Source of the DNA: Vicugna vicugna
Lineage: Eukaryota
Assembly: GCA_013265495.1 (NCBI GenBank)
Contig: MU058441.1
Location: forward strand, 310,001-374,000
DNA: 64,000 bases
Direction of reading: 5' to 3'
The position numbers were made by a program, and so were the translations under genes. The notes beneath the pieces were generated by a model. The model was not told the DNA's origin and searched no databases. It saw only the letters and a list, made by a program, of their open reading frames with translations. Positions 16,615 to 30,023 of this stretch are shown in pieces. How positions within the stretch are numbered: the first letter of the stretch is position 1; each line of letters begins with the position of its first letter.

Positions 16615-17367
16615 GTAATTGATTTATAAATAATAGTAGTTCCTGCATTTGTAAAGCGCTTTAGACGAATATCAGAATGACAGAGCACACAGGAGCCACA
16701 GCAACAATGATGGCGGCACCAGTGGAACACTTACCGTGTTCTCTTTACTTCTCTTGACATCTTGACCAAACAGGGAATCATTACCATCCCTGCTGTAAGG
16801 GAACTGAGGCTTAGAGACTCCAGGAACTGGACCACTTGCTTTTATCCATCCACACTGTGTGGTCTGCCTCCCACCTTCACATCCCTCATCTTCTGTGGCC
16901 CTCGCAGCCTCAGTTAGGTTTGGCAGGTGTTTTTGTTCCCATTTTACAGATGGGGAAACTAAAGTTCGCAGAAATTGGATTGATGGCCTTTGAAAAGTAG
17001 GAATGGAGTAGTGCATGGAGGTAACCTCCTTTGGTCCTCCACATCACGTTACTGTCACCATTTGCTGCCAATATATCTGTGAGAGCCTCTGGTCTGCTGA
17101 GAACCAGGGATGGGTAACCCCTCTCAAAAACCTCTCCACTTGCAACAGAGGGAACAGCCACCTGATTTTATTTCTAACCTCTGCATAAGGAGATACGGTT
17201 TTATTTTCCCATGCCAGTTTTTTTTCCCCGTCACCGCTGGCATTTGAAATTAGGCAGCTGTTCCTGTCTGTCGGGTACCTCTTCTGCGTCACAGTTTGCT
17301 TATTTATTTGCTCCTTCACTTGCTTGTTTAGTCATCCATCTATTTCCTCACTCATTAATTTGACCAG

Positions 17368-17411
17368 TCATTCATTCATTCATTCATTCATTCATTCATT
17401 CATTCATTCAT
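17368..17411. repeat. (TTCA)n microsatellite
   Basis: About 11 perfect tetranucleotide units. Confidence 0.95.
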
Positions 17412-17852
17412 CTGTCCATTCATTCAGCAAGGAGCTGTAGTGTGTTGCAAAGAAGAGAAGAGTGAGCCCCAGGCCTTGACCGGGGGTCTCGCTGCAAAGT
17501 GTTCGGAAGAGACTCAGGACCTCCCAGTCTTGGGGGAGACAACCCAGGCTACAGGAAGTCAGGAGCACAAAGCCTGGCCTGGGGGGAGCCAGGGACACGC
17601 ATAGATTATAAGTAATAACTCAGCAAGCCTGCGAGGGATCAAGGGCTGAATGGAGGGATGGAGGAAGGAGAGGAGAGTCTGGGCTCGGTTAGGCAGGAAG
17701 GACTTTCTGCAGGAGGTCAAGGCCGGGCACCAGCCTGATGAAGCTTCTGGAGGAGCTGAGGCTGGAGAAGGAATTTAAGCGGTCAGAGAAAAGGAGGCAG
17801 CAGGCCTGCAGCATGTGTGTGTGGTCATGTGTGCACGTGGAGGTATGCATGA

Positions 17853-18269
<417 letters not shown>

Positions 18270-19202
18270 TGAATAGGGGGTGGGGCCTGGGAATCTGCAT
18301 AAGCTCCCTGTGCTTGGCTGGGTTTGAGGAAACTAAGTTCCCAGAGTACAGGGTTTAGGAAGTATTGCTGGACAACAGTATGCATGAGAGGAACTCAGGC
18401 TTATGGGTGTGCTCTGCTCAGAGTCAGCGGTGTGATATATGGATGCTGAAGTGTGACCTTAGGTTGCATTAAGAGGAGTATAAGGTACAGGACAGTGGAG
18501 GTGACAGTTCTGCTCTCCTCCATCCTGACTGCAACACTCCTCATATGCTGTGGGCCTTACACGCTAAGAACACTAACCCTCAGGGTGGTCCAGAGGTACT
18601 GACCTGGCTTGGGAGAGGACTCGCAATCATGCCTCACAAGAAATGGTGTGGGAACTGGGTTGAAGAAGGTGAGAGTTCCTTCAGGTATCGCAGAGCTATG
18701 TGTGAAAGAGGGAGCAGCTCTTTCTGTGGCCTCAGGAGGCAGAGACAGGGAGAAACGCTTGGATTTGACACAAGGAAGTTACTAATTATTAGGGCCTTCT
18801 TAATTGGATTGTTGGTAACATTTAGGAGAGTTTGGACAAATTTTTGCCAGGAAAATTGCGGAGGGGATTCCAAGCCTTAGATGGGGATAGGACTGCATGA
18901 TGTCTGAACCTCCCTTCACCACGGGATCCCAGGATCCTAATGTTTTTAGTTAGGAAGCTCCAGACTTCCAGAAACATTGTTTATGCGATGTTCAAAACAA
19001 TTTGAACATCTTCCCCTAACTCACTGGCTTTTCATTTTTGAATTCTGTAGGTTAGATCCTCAGGGCCTAGGCATTCAGCATTCAGTGCGGGTGGAGCGGG
19101 CTTGTGGTGGTGTGTGTGCGTGTACGTGTCTGTGTGCACGTGGGCCCATCCACACTCACGGGTAGCCGTGCTCCTGGGCTGGTTCCTCAGCGATATGCTT
19201 AG

Positions 19203-19334
<132 letters not shown>

Positions 19335-20097
19335 TAAAGGAGGGAGAAGGGCCCTTTGCTTGGTGCTCCTTGGGTGGGTGAAGAAAGATGAGCTGGTGGA
19401 TGTTAGACAAATGGGGCTGCCAATTGCTTGCCAAATCACAGGGCTGTTCTGCCTCCTCAGAAGACAGAATCTGCTCTTCTGGGGTCCCTGGACCTGGGAC
19501 AGGCTTCCTGAGTTTCTGAAGGAAAAGGGAGGAGACTCTTGACTTTTTGGAGGTTCCTCCACAGCCTCTCCCTGCCCAGTGTCTGGCTTAGAAGAGATCT
19601 GCCAGCCTGACACTCTTTGTGACCCAGGGGACCACGGGCGCACTTTGTCACTGGCAAATGGAAAGCGAGACAGTTGCTTTTGGCAGATGTTAAGCTTTTT
19701 GATATTTAAAAAGCACTTGTACGTGCCATGGCCAGCTTTTCTGATGGCTCTACCTCTTCCTACCCCCATCCGACTGCCTGACCCTGCGGCCTGTCTTCTT
19801 GGCGTATAACTGTGCCTTAACCTACTTCTCTGACTGAAATTCCACCCCCAGTCCCCACCCCAGGAACCATCATTTTCACTATAATTGTTACCCTAACAAA
19901 TCTCTCTAATTTCCACACCCTCGCTCTAGACATGTTCTCTGAGTGTGAACTACAGCCAAACCATCATCTCCAGTTACAGTCTAACACCTTAGACACCGCC
20001 CACTCTTTTGGGGTTTGAACTGTAACCACCTTCTCTTAGTGCAGCCTTCACCGTAGCTGGACTTCACGCCCTCACATCTTCTCCACCTGGGCCAGCA

Positions 20098-20212
20098 TCT
20101 CCCTCCCTCCCACCCATCTTCTCTTCCTTCCTCCCTCCCTCCCTTCCTTCCTTTCTTCTTTTCTTACTCCCACCCTCCCTTCCTCCTTCCCTTCCACCCT
20201 CCCCTCCTTCCC
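20098..20212. repeat. Polypyrimidine (CCTT/CCCT) tract, duplicated at ~22470-22584
   Basis: Almost pure C/T run in TRPV3 intron 16. Confidence 0.85.
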
Positions 20213-20527
20213 CGTGGACTGTCTCCCCCATCCGTCAGGCACAGCCACTGCTGGCTGAAGATGTCCCCTTCATACTCTGAGCTTCTGGGTCCCACACCCT
20301 AGGAGGAGACTGATCCTGGAGGACTGGGAAAGTGGGGACATGGGCAGGTTTCAAGCCCTAACAATGCTGATGTGACTGTGGTTGAGGGGGAGGTGCAGGC
20401 AGGAGTGCTCCCGATCCCTGGAATGGACAGAAGGGGAGCTGTCGAGGACACCTCAAACTCTGTGCTATTTGTTTGCATTTAATGCGATGCAGTTAGGGAG
20501 TGGTGAGAATGATTATTACACCCACAG

Positions 20528-20607
20528 GATCAACGAGGTGAAGTGGACTGAATGGAAAACTCACGTCTCCTTCCTCAACGAAGATCCGGGGCCTGGGAGA
20601 CAGACAG
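20528..20607 (+). CDS. TRPV3: TRPV3 exon 17 equivalent, copy A
   Basis: [26 protein letters not shown]; cacag/gtacc; 80 nt. Confidence 0.95.
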
Positions 20608-20844
20608 GTACCGCTGCTGTCAGTGATGCCCACTCCTGTCTGACCATCTGATCCCGGGCAGACCAAGTTGGAGGGCCCTGATTTCCCCCATCTATAAAGT
20701 GGGAGGGCTGAATTAATCCCTTCCAGCACTATCATTTTATAACCTATCTGGAATAATTTCTAAAAATCAGGTGGTGGACTGAGATCTGGAAGCACACCTT
20801 GCACAGTGCTGTATTTGTAAAATGGTGGGGATTTTTTTTTCAAG

Positions 20845-20942
20845 CAGATTTCAACAAACTCCAAGATTCTTCCAGGAGCAACAGCAAAACTACCCTCAAT
20901 GCATTTGGTGAAATCGATGAATTTCCGGAAACGTCAGTGTAG
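20845..20942 (+). CDS. TRPV3: TRPV3 last coding exon, copy A (NAGNAG acceptor, start 20845 or 20848)
   Basis: (A)[31 protein letters not shown] then TAG at 20940-20942. Confidence 0.95.
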
Positions 20943-21370
20943 AAGCAGAACCCGGAGCTCGTGTGCGAGTGGGCTGTCTGATGCTGCAGGCTGGGTCATG
21001 GACTCGGTGCTGAGGGCTTTGCAGGGTGATGGAGCCTGGTTCTGCTAACAGAGACAAGGAAAGCACCCTCATGCTGAGCAAGTGGCTGAACCCGGGGGCA
21101 GCTGTCAGTTTGCCTGAGTGGGAAACACCCTGGATTTTGTCACTCAACAAAGAGCTTGTATACACGCACGGCCGGCAGTCCTGACCCTGGAGTCCTGGGA
21201 ATCCCGAATTCTGAGTGAAGTCCCTGTGTTCCCCAGCTTCAGGTCAATGTGGCTCGGAGAGAAGGTTGGCAGGGAAAGGGTGGGGATCGGAGGAGCAGGG
21301 AGAGGAGTCTTCCTGCCAACATCGTGACAGCTCCCACCCCAGTGCACACATTCCACCATCTCCCCTACTA

Positions 21371-21429
21371 NNNNNNNNNNNNNNNNNNNNNNNNNNNNNN
21401 NNNNNNNNNNNNNNNNNNNNNNNNNNNNN
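21371..21429. other. Assembly gap (59 N)
   Basis: Run of n characters. Confidence 1.
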
Positions 21430-21574
21430 TAGATCCTCATAGGCATTCAGCATTCAGTGCGGGTGGAGCGGGCTTGTGGTGGTGTGTGTGTGTGTACGTG
21501 TCTGTGTGCACGTGGGCCCATCCACACTCACGGGTCGCCGTGCTCCTGGGCTGGTTCCTCAGCGATGTGCTTAG

Positions 21575-21706
<132 letters not shown>

Positions 21707-22899
21707 TAAAGGAGGGAGAAGGGCCCTTTGCTTGGTGCTCCTTGGGTGGGTGAAGAAAGATGAGCTGGTGGATGTTAGACAAATGGGGCTGCCAATTGCT
21801 TGCCAAATCACAGGGCTGTTCTGCCTCCTCAGAAGACAGAATCTGCTCTTCTGGGGTCCCTGGACCTGGGACAGGCTTCCTGAGTTTCTGAAGGAAAAGG
21901 GAGGAGACTCTTGACTTTTTGGAGGTTCCTCCACAGCCTCTCCCTGCCCAGTGTCTGGCTTAGAAGAGATCTGCCAGCCTGACACTCTTTGTGACCCAGG
22001 GGACCACGGGCGCACTTTGTCACTGGCAAATGGAAAGCGAGACAGTTGCTTTTGGCAGATGTTAAGCTTTTTGATTTTTAAAAAGTACTTGCACGTGCCA
22101 TGGCCAGCTTTTCTGATGGCTCTACCTCTTCCTACCCCCATCCGACTGCCTGACCCTGCGGCCTGTCTTCTTGGCGTATAACTGTGCCTTAACCTACTTC
22201 TCTGACTGAAATTCCACCCCCAGTCCCCACCCCAGGAACCATCATTTTCACTATAATTGTTACCCTAACAAATCTCTCTAATTTCCACACCCTCGCTCTA
22301 GACATGTTCTCTGAGTGTGAACTGCAGCCAAACCATCATCTCCAGTTACAGTCTAACACCTTAGACACCGCCCACTCTTTTGGGGTTTGAACTGTAACCA
22401 CCTTCTCTTAGTGCAGCCTTCACCGTAGCTGGACTTCACGCCCTCACATCTTCTCCACCTGGGCCAGCATCTCCCTCCCTCCCACCCATCTTCTCTTCCT
22501 TCCTCCCTCCCTCCCTTCCTTCCTTTCTTCTTTTCTTACTCCCACCCTCCCTTCCTCCTTCCCTTCCACCCTCCCCTCCTTCCCCGTGGACTGTCTCCCC
22601 CATCCGTCAGGCACAGCCACTGCTGGCTGAAGATGTCCCCTTCATACTCTGAGCTTCTGGGTCCCACACCCTAGGAGGAGACTGATCCTGGAGGACTGGG
22701 AAAGTGGGGACATGGGCAGGTTTCAAGCCCTAACAATGCTGATGTGACTGTGGTTGAGGGGGAGGTGCAGGCAGGAGTGCTCCCGATCCCTGGAATGGAC
22801 AGAAGGGGAGCTGTCGAGGACACCTCAAACTCTGTGCTATTTGTTTGCATTTAATGCGATGCAGTTAGGGAGTGGTGAGAATGATTATCACACCCACAG

Positions 22900-22979
22900 G
22901 ATCAACGAGGTGAAGTGGACTGAATGGAAAACTCACGTCTCCTTCCTCAACGAAGATCCGGGGCCTGGGAGACAGACAG
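22900..22979 (+). CDS. TRPV3: TRPV3 exon 17 equivalent, copy B
   Basis: Same sequence as 20528-20607. Confidence 0.75.
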
Positions 22980-23216
22980 GTACCGCTGCTGTCAGTGATG
23001 CCCACTCCTGTCTGACCATCTGATCCCGGGCAGACCAAGTTGGAGGGCCCTGATTTCCCCCATCTATAAAGTGGGAGGGCTGAATTAATCCCTTCCAGCA
23101 CTATCATTTTATAACCTATCTGGAATAATTTCTAAAAATCAGGTGGTGGACTGAGATCTGGAAGCACACCTTGCACAGTGCTGTATTTGTAAAATGGTGG
23201 GGATTTTTTTTTCAAG

Positions 23217-23314
23217 CAGATTTCAACAAACTCCAAGATTCTTCCAGGAGCAACAGCAAAACTACCCTCAATGCATTTGGTGAAATCGATGAATTTCCGG
23301 AAACGTCAGTGTAG
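23217..23314 (+). CDS. TRPV3: TRPV3 last coding exon, copy B, continuing into the full 3' UTR
   Basis: Same sequence as 20845-20942. Confidence 0.75.
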
Positions 23315-25813
23315 AAGCAGAACCCGGAGCTCGTGTGCGAGTGGGCTGTCTGATGCTGCAGGCTGGGTCATGGACTCGGTGCTGAGGGCTTTGCAGGGTG
23401 ATGGAGCCTGGTTCTGCTAACAGAGACAAGGAAAGCACCCTCATGCTGAGCAAGTGGCTGAACCCGGGGGCAGCTGTCAGTTTGCCTGAGTGGGAAACAC
23501 CCTGGATTTTGTCACTCAACAAAGAGCTTGTATACACGCACGGCCGGCAGTCCTGACCCTGGAGTCCTGGGAATCCCGAATTCTGAGTGAAGTCCCTGTG
23601 TTCCCCAGCTTCAGGTCAATGTGGCTCGGAGAGAAGGTTGGCAGGGAAAGGGTGGGGATCGGAGGAGCAGGGAGAGGAGTCTTCCTGCCAACATCGTGAC
23701 AGCTCCCACCCCAGTGCACACATTCCACCATCTCCCCTACTATGACTGGGTCTCCTGGATTTAAGGGACTCTCAATCCCACCCCAGGGGCCAGACGGGAA
23801 TGAGTTTCTGGAACCTTCAGGGAGCAGGAATACAACCTTGAAATGAGTAGCCTTGGTACTCAAGGTTCAAACTGTCTCACACTGAGAGGTGTTTTTAGTA
23901 GAATAATTAACACAGGGCTTTTCTTTTCAATAGAGAAAGATCATTTCAGTTTTGCATGAAAATTACTTCAGATGAAGTATGTGATTATTAAAATCTGAGA
24001 AGTAGATTTTGGGATTTGGGGCTGGGTGTAAGTATTATATACTTGGCCTTGGGGTGGCCAGAACAAGGGCAAAAAGCTTTTCTTTATGCACATAGAAGCC
24101 CACATGAGACACAGCAGGCAGGGCCTGCGATCTGGGTGAAAGATCTTGGCTCTTTGCCTTGTCCCAGCCCTGCCACAGTGCGTGCTTCCAAGCTGGGATT
24201 GTGGCTTTATCTGAAACAGAAATGGCAGCTGCTCTGTTTACGTGGTCTTGAATCTCAGAGGTTACTCCTGTACATCAGTATTTCTCATTGGAAGAATTTA
24301 ACAAAATACCTGAAATACTCTGGTAGTAACTATTTTTGTTAACTGTGAATTTTGAAGCAGAGGAAAAGGCGTATGAAAAAGCTGAAGCAGCTGGTTGAGC
24401 ACTTACTGGGATGTTGTGAAAGATCACAACTGGATGAACTTGAAGGTCCTTTCAGCCTGGAAATCAGCATCCTGCATCTGGAGTTACTTACCTGAATTTA
24501 TCTTGAACAGGTGTCCCTGGTTTGAAGGGCAGCTGTTTGGAGCCAGGGCACCATGGAGCTGGGAATTCAGAACTGTTCTGATTCAGATATGAATGGATAA
24601 AGCCATATGGCTTTCCATTTCCCACCTGAACAAAAGCTGGTAGGTTAGACAGACAGAGATCAGTAACGGGGTCTTTGTCTTCTTACACATGAAGAACTGC
24701 TGTCTGTGGATCTGGATCGAATTTGTTGGCAGGACCATTTTCTGTACTGGGATAGTCTTCCTAATAGTGGCCTCCCCCAAAGGCTTTCAGCCTGGATGGT
24801 CTCAGCCTGGATAGGTTTGCCAAGGGAAGCAAGGAGTCAAAGGGCATTGGCTTCAAAGGACCGGCTCTCTTATTTACACCTGGAGACTAAAGCCCTGGAA
24901 GGAAAGTGGACTTGTCTGAGTTACGCAGGAGGTTGTATCAGAGCTGTTGAAGCCAGAGGTTCTGATTCTGGACCACAGACGTCCCCCTGAATGGTTTTTT
25001 TTTTCAGGACAGTTATTCAGTAAGTTTGAGTCTGCCTTTGTGGTTGGCGTATGTCAGGGGGCTAGGGCTTTTTGCTCAGATAACTCGTGCTGACAGTATA
25101 CATTGTCCCTATGATCGTTACGATGGGTTTAAAATTCAAGTGTGTGCACACACACGCCACGCTACAGTGAATTCACAGGTGTATCAGGACATCTTGAATG
25201 ATTCATGCAGCAGTAATTTAAGGGGAAGGCATGTTCCAGGGATGGAATCTCCCCTACTCAGATAACAGTTTTGGCTGGGACCTTCCCTTTAGCTAAACTT
25301 TGCCTCAGGAAGACTCTATTATTCTAGACATTATGTTGGTATATCTGTTTGGAATAAAAATGGTGCTTACCTTCTTCCCTGGGCTGTGGGAGAAGGAGTT
25401 TGAGGCTGTACTGTGAAGTCATTAAGCTGTTAGAGGGGCTCCTGCCCGAGAGCCCAGTGTTACTGATCTTCCTTTCCTTCCTCAAGGCCTGGTGAACTAT
25501 GTCCTTTTGCTCTGGGCGGGGCCCAGGTCGGTGGGCAGTCATCTGGGCCTGTAAGCCACACTCGATTTCTGCATTGACTTACATGTTTTTACTGTCATCT
25601 TAGTCCCAAACACAGACTTGTCCCCTTGTTCTCATCAAATGTGCCTGATCTGTGCAAATTCTAATTTAAATACTTGTTCTTAATTTAAGTGTGTGTGAAA
25701 TTCTATGTTCAAAAAACAAGTCATAAATGGAACAGGAGCACTATAGTGCCTAAAGCATGTCATAAAAACTATAGCACTAAAGCATGTCATAAAAACATGC
25801 TTTCATGACTTCT

Positions 25814-25819
25814 AATAAA
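25814..25819 (+). terminator. Candidate TRPV3 polyadenylation signal (duplicated at 32523-32528)
   Basis: AATAAA ~2.5 kb after the copy B stop, followed by a GT-rich tract (atcgtgttgtgtccttg). Confidence 0.55.
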
Positions 25820-28800
25820 TATTTATTTTGCCTTGTTATGATCGTGTTGTGTCCTTGCATTAGATGTGCCACTGTGAAGACTGACCAGAAATTTTAGGGT
25901 GTTGCTTAACATGTGTGGATAAAGGGAAGGCCACTCTTTGGACCTAAAGCATTATTATCGGTCCCAGCTCAGGGACAGAGTCAGCACACTAAGGCATGCC
26001 ACCTTTGTGCACTGTTTAAATCTTAAAGTGCATCATTCCCAGTACCCTATTTGAACCACTGAATAACTCTGGAAGCAATTTGAGTCAAAGGACACCCAGA
26101 GATTTGAAGTCACAAATCACAGCCTGAAAATGTTACAGGTTCAAGTCACGTGACCCCAAGCAGGGAGTCCTTCCATCACGCTTGTTGGTTCTTAAATTAC
26201 TTTGCATGGATGTGAAACCATGGCTCCACCTGGAGACAGGAAGTATAAATCCCTCCTGTCTACCTCACAGGACCTTAAAGAAGGGCAATAAGAGAATGGA
26301 TATGAAAGAGCTGATTTATTACTGCCATTACTGCCCAACATACAGGTATATACACTTTTTCATTCTTTTGAGTTATTTCAAAAGGATGGCAGTTCTCATC
26401 TTGAATGCCAAGATGCTGAGGTGTCTTGAGGGGTTGCAGAACTGGCAAACAACTTATTACTAAGTGATATGCGATATTTGGTCAGTTATTTACCTAATCC
26501 AAACGATTCCCAGAATAACATCCTTCCCTGGGATGTGTCTCCTTGAGTGGCAAAGAAATGGAAATGGTACACAGTCTGCATCCTAGCTCACACAGGCTTC
26601 AGCCTATAAGCTAGGGATGTTCCATCCATGGAAACATTCTGGATGGACTGATAGGAAAAGGGTAGAAACTCCTGTCACAGGATATACTCTGGGAGTGGGA
26701 TGCCCAGGTCAATGAGGATGAACAGTTTTATGGCTTTTGATATTGTGAAAAATTACCTTCCAAAAGGTATTTTGCAATTTTTTCAGCCTTTGAGATTGTA
26801 TAGTTCCCTATTTATAAAGCTCTTTCATTCATATTGGTTATCTTACTATATGATTTTATAGGTGGTTTGATGATTATTATATCTCCACTTAATAGGTGGG
26901 GAAATTGAGACTTGGAGAGAGACGGAATGCCAGGTAAAGGTCACAGTGCTTTTTCCTGGGCCAAGGATCCAGGTTCTCTGAAGTGTTCTGCTAAGTGCTA
27001 GGCCAGTCACATCAATGAGCTTGTATAACAGGGGGGTTTAGCGTAGCCTGGGTCACATTTAAGATTACACGTCATCCAGATAAAGGGTAGTGTGAGGTAG
27101 GACAGAGTTTAAATAAGAGGGAAACACATCGGCAAAGACCCCGAGGTAGCAGGGAGCTCGGTGCATTTGAGGATGGAGAAGTCTGTGTGGCCAGATCGCT
27201 GGGAACAGGGGCTGGAGAGGTGGGCGGAGGCCAGGCACACAGGACTTGCCCAGCTGTAGGGAGGCTTGGAGGTTTCATACCAAGGGTTAGGGGAAATGAC
27301 TAAAAGGTTTCACACAGGGAGATTACTGAATGTGAACATTTCCTTTGTTGTTGTTGCTTTTTCTATAGGGTTGCTGGCTTAAAACGGTGTATTTTTCCGC
27401 TCACCATCATTTGGGACATAGTAACAGTCTGAAGAGTGTGAAATGGAGTGAATTCCACCTGGGAGTGATGGGGATGCTCAGGAAGTGACTGGGAAAGAAG
27501 GAAAAAAGGCAAAGAGAAGGCAGGGACATTGGTAGAATATGAAGCCATTTCCATAGAGGAGGAATGGCTGAGCACACTCATTTATTCAGCTGAACTTTAT
27601 CAGGAACTAATTAGATTGCAGATACTGAAAAAGACACTGGTCATACCCTCAAGATGGGATGGACAAGAGAGGGGCCAAGGGGCAAGCCAAGAAAGGCTTT
27701 ACAGATGAAATGAGGGTTGAGTTGCATTTTGCGAAAAAACAGGAATTAGCTAGGGTAAGGTCTGAGTAGGGGTGAGGTAGGGGAGGAAGGGTAGAGAAGG
27801 AAGAAAATTCTAGGTGGAAGGGACAGTCTGTGTGAAGACATATAGAAATAAAACAACGTGACACCGACTCCACAGAGAGGACTTGAAGGCAGATGAGTCT
27901 AGAGAGCTTGTGAGGAAGGGAGGCACAGTTCATAAAGGGCCTTTTGTGTGAGGAATTTGAACTTGAATAATTTATTATTCCGTGCTAGGCACTGTGGTAC
28001 GTACTTATATGTATTAGCTCACTTAATCCTCACAATCATCTCATGAGAGGGGCGCTATTATCATGATTATCCCCATTTTATAAATGAGAAAACTGAGTCT
28101 TTAGACTGAAATAATCAAAATAAAATAAAACAAAGTGGCTAAAGTCACACAGCAATGTGTTGCAGATTTTTTTTTAAAAATCACATCTATTTAGAAATTC
28201 TAAAGACTATATAGAGTCAGAGAGAATTAGACTTGATAGAAATAATCAATATAAAATCTGAAACCACAGTGGTCTAAGTTGCACATTGTAAATTTTGTTA
28301 ACTAAATTTTGATGGAAGAATAAAGTATTTTTGCCAAAAAATACGTCTGGAAAAAATCGACCCAGGAAAACTGAACTTGGACATAGAACACAAAGGAAGG
28401 AATACGCACAGTTGGAGAAGGAAGCCCGGTAAAACTGGTTATATACAAGAACTGATTGATAAATTGGAGTTTTACTACAGAATTCAGAAGAAAAAGAGTT
28501 TATTCTAGTGAAAATAATTTTGGGAAAGTGCAAATATAAATGTCGAAAATTTAGAAACACTTTGTGTGCTATAGAACACATTATGGAATGAAATTGGCTC
28601 AGTGGGATTTGCTTTGATAGAATGAAGCTGTCTACATATATGGTACAGATAATGTTAGTATGATTTTGGTAAATATATTTGAAACCGTAAACATGGGTTC
28701 CTTGGGGTCCAAATGATGGGGTAGAAATTTTCTTTACTTGGCTGCTGTGGCCTAAGAGAGGAGGGAGGGAGTCTCCTGTAGGGGCTGGAGAGGGACAGAG

Positions 28801-29623
28801 AAAGCGTTTTAGCCCGAGGACCTCTGAGGAGGATAATCATGGGAGTGAGGTATTTGGGCCTTTAGGACACGGGGGAATTCTTTAAAATAATGTGTTTGTG
28901 AACCAGAGACATAGGTTCGGGTCACACTTCCACTAGTGTCCACTGCCCTCTGCTGTTTCTGTCTTTACCACCTATGCTGCTGGAGCCCAAAGACTTCCTC
29001 ACATGCTGGTTGGGAAGAAAGGCAAGCTCATTCTCTCAAAGCAAGAAGGGAGGGCTGGGAGGAATGTGCCTCCCAAGTTGGGAAGGAATGTTAGCGCTGG
29101 TGGGGGCCTGTGAGACTCTGTAGGAAGCTCTCTGCTCTCTAAGGTCAGCGCAGCACAAGTGGGTGGCCACCGCAGCGATGCTCTGTGTGGGTTACTGCCT
29201 GTCGGTGGACAAAGGACCATTCAGAGTTTCTGGATTTGTTCAAAATGTCACCTTTACAAGCAGCCCTCATTTCCTGTTCACGTTTCATCTTCAAAAGAGC
29301 ATCTGCAAATCTACAGGTATCATAACTACTGCTAAAGTTTATAGACTGGATCCTTAATAATTTATCATTAATTCAAATCTGAAAAAATTTAAAATAACGA
29401 GTTGGCACAATTAGTTTCTGGTAGCATTTTTACACTACTTGAAAACATACAACATTCAGTTCTACGCTCAAGTTAATAACTTTTTGTATACAGTATATAT
29501 TTCAATGTTAAAATTTGAACTTAAAGGCTGTTTACTAATAATGTTAAACTATCAAAATATAAGATACAAAGAGCTTACAAAACTTTTCTAGGTACCCTAT
29601 AACAAATGAGCTATAAGTGATTT

Positions 29624-29690
29624 CTAATGTAAAGAGGAGCGAATACTTTTTGCATTGAGTGTTAGTTTAGTCGTCTTTGCAAAAGCTTCT
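29624..29690 (-). pseudogene. ASPA: Orphan fragment of the ASPA last exon at the duplication junction
   Basis: Minus strand reads [25 protein letters not shown], then breaks into TRPV3 intron 17 sequence. Confidence 0.85.
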
Positions 29691-29925
29691 CTTCTAGCTG
29701 TCAGTGATGCCCACTCCTGTCTGACCATCTGATCCCGGGCAGACCAAGTTGGAGGGCCCTGATTTCCCCCATCTATAAAGTGGGAGGGCTGAATTAATCC
29801 CTTCCAGCACTATCATTTTATAACCTATCTGGAATAATTTCTAAAAATCAGGTGGTGGACTGAGATCTGGAAGCACACCTTGCACAGTGCTGTATTTGTA
29901 AAATGGTGGGGATTTTTTTTTCAAG

Positions 29926-30023
29926 CAGATTTCAACAAACTCCAAGATTCTTCCAGGAGCAACAGCAAAACTACCCTCAATGCATTTGGTGAAATCGATG
30001 AATTTCCGGAAACGTCAGTGTAG
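29926..30023 (+). pseudogene. TRPV3: Third copy of the TRPV3 last coding exon, without exons 16-17
   Basis: Same sequence as 20845-20942, inside the second 6.7 kb unit. Confidence 0.75.

Larger units (their letters stand above)
16205..16670 (+). repeat. ~234-bp tandem duplication containing TRPV3 exon 14
   Basis: gagggcctggttgtgg...tttagacgaat at 16205-16436 and 16440-16670. Confidence 0.97.

Noticed and set aside
25738..25810. CRISPR-like repeat-spacer structure
   Set aside because: Only two 20-bp repeats with a 7-bp spacer in mammalian UTR DNA; no cas genes
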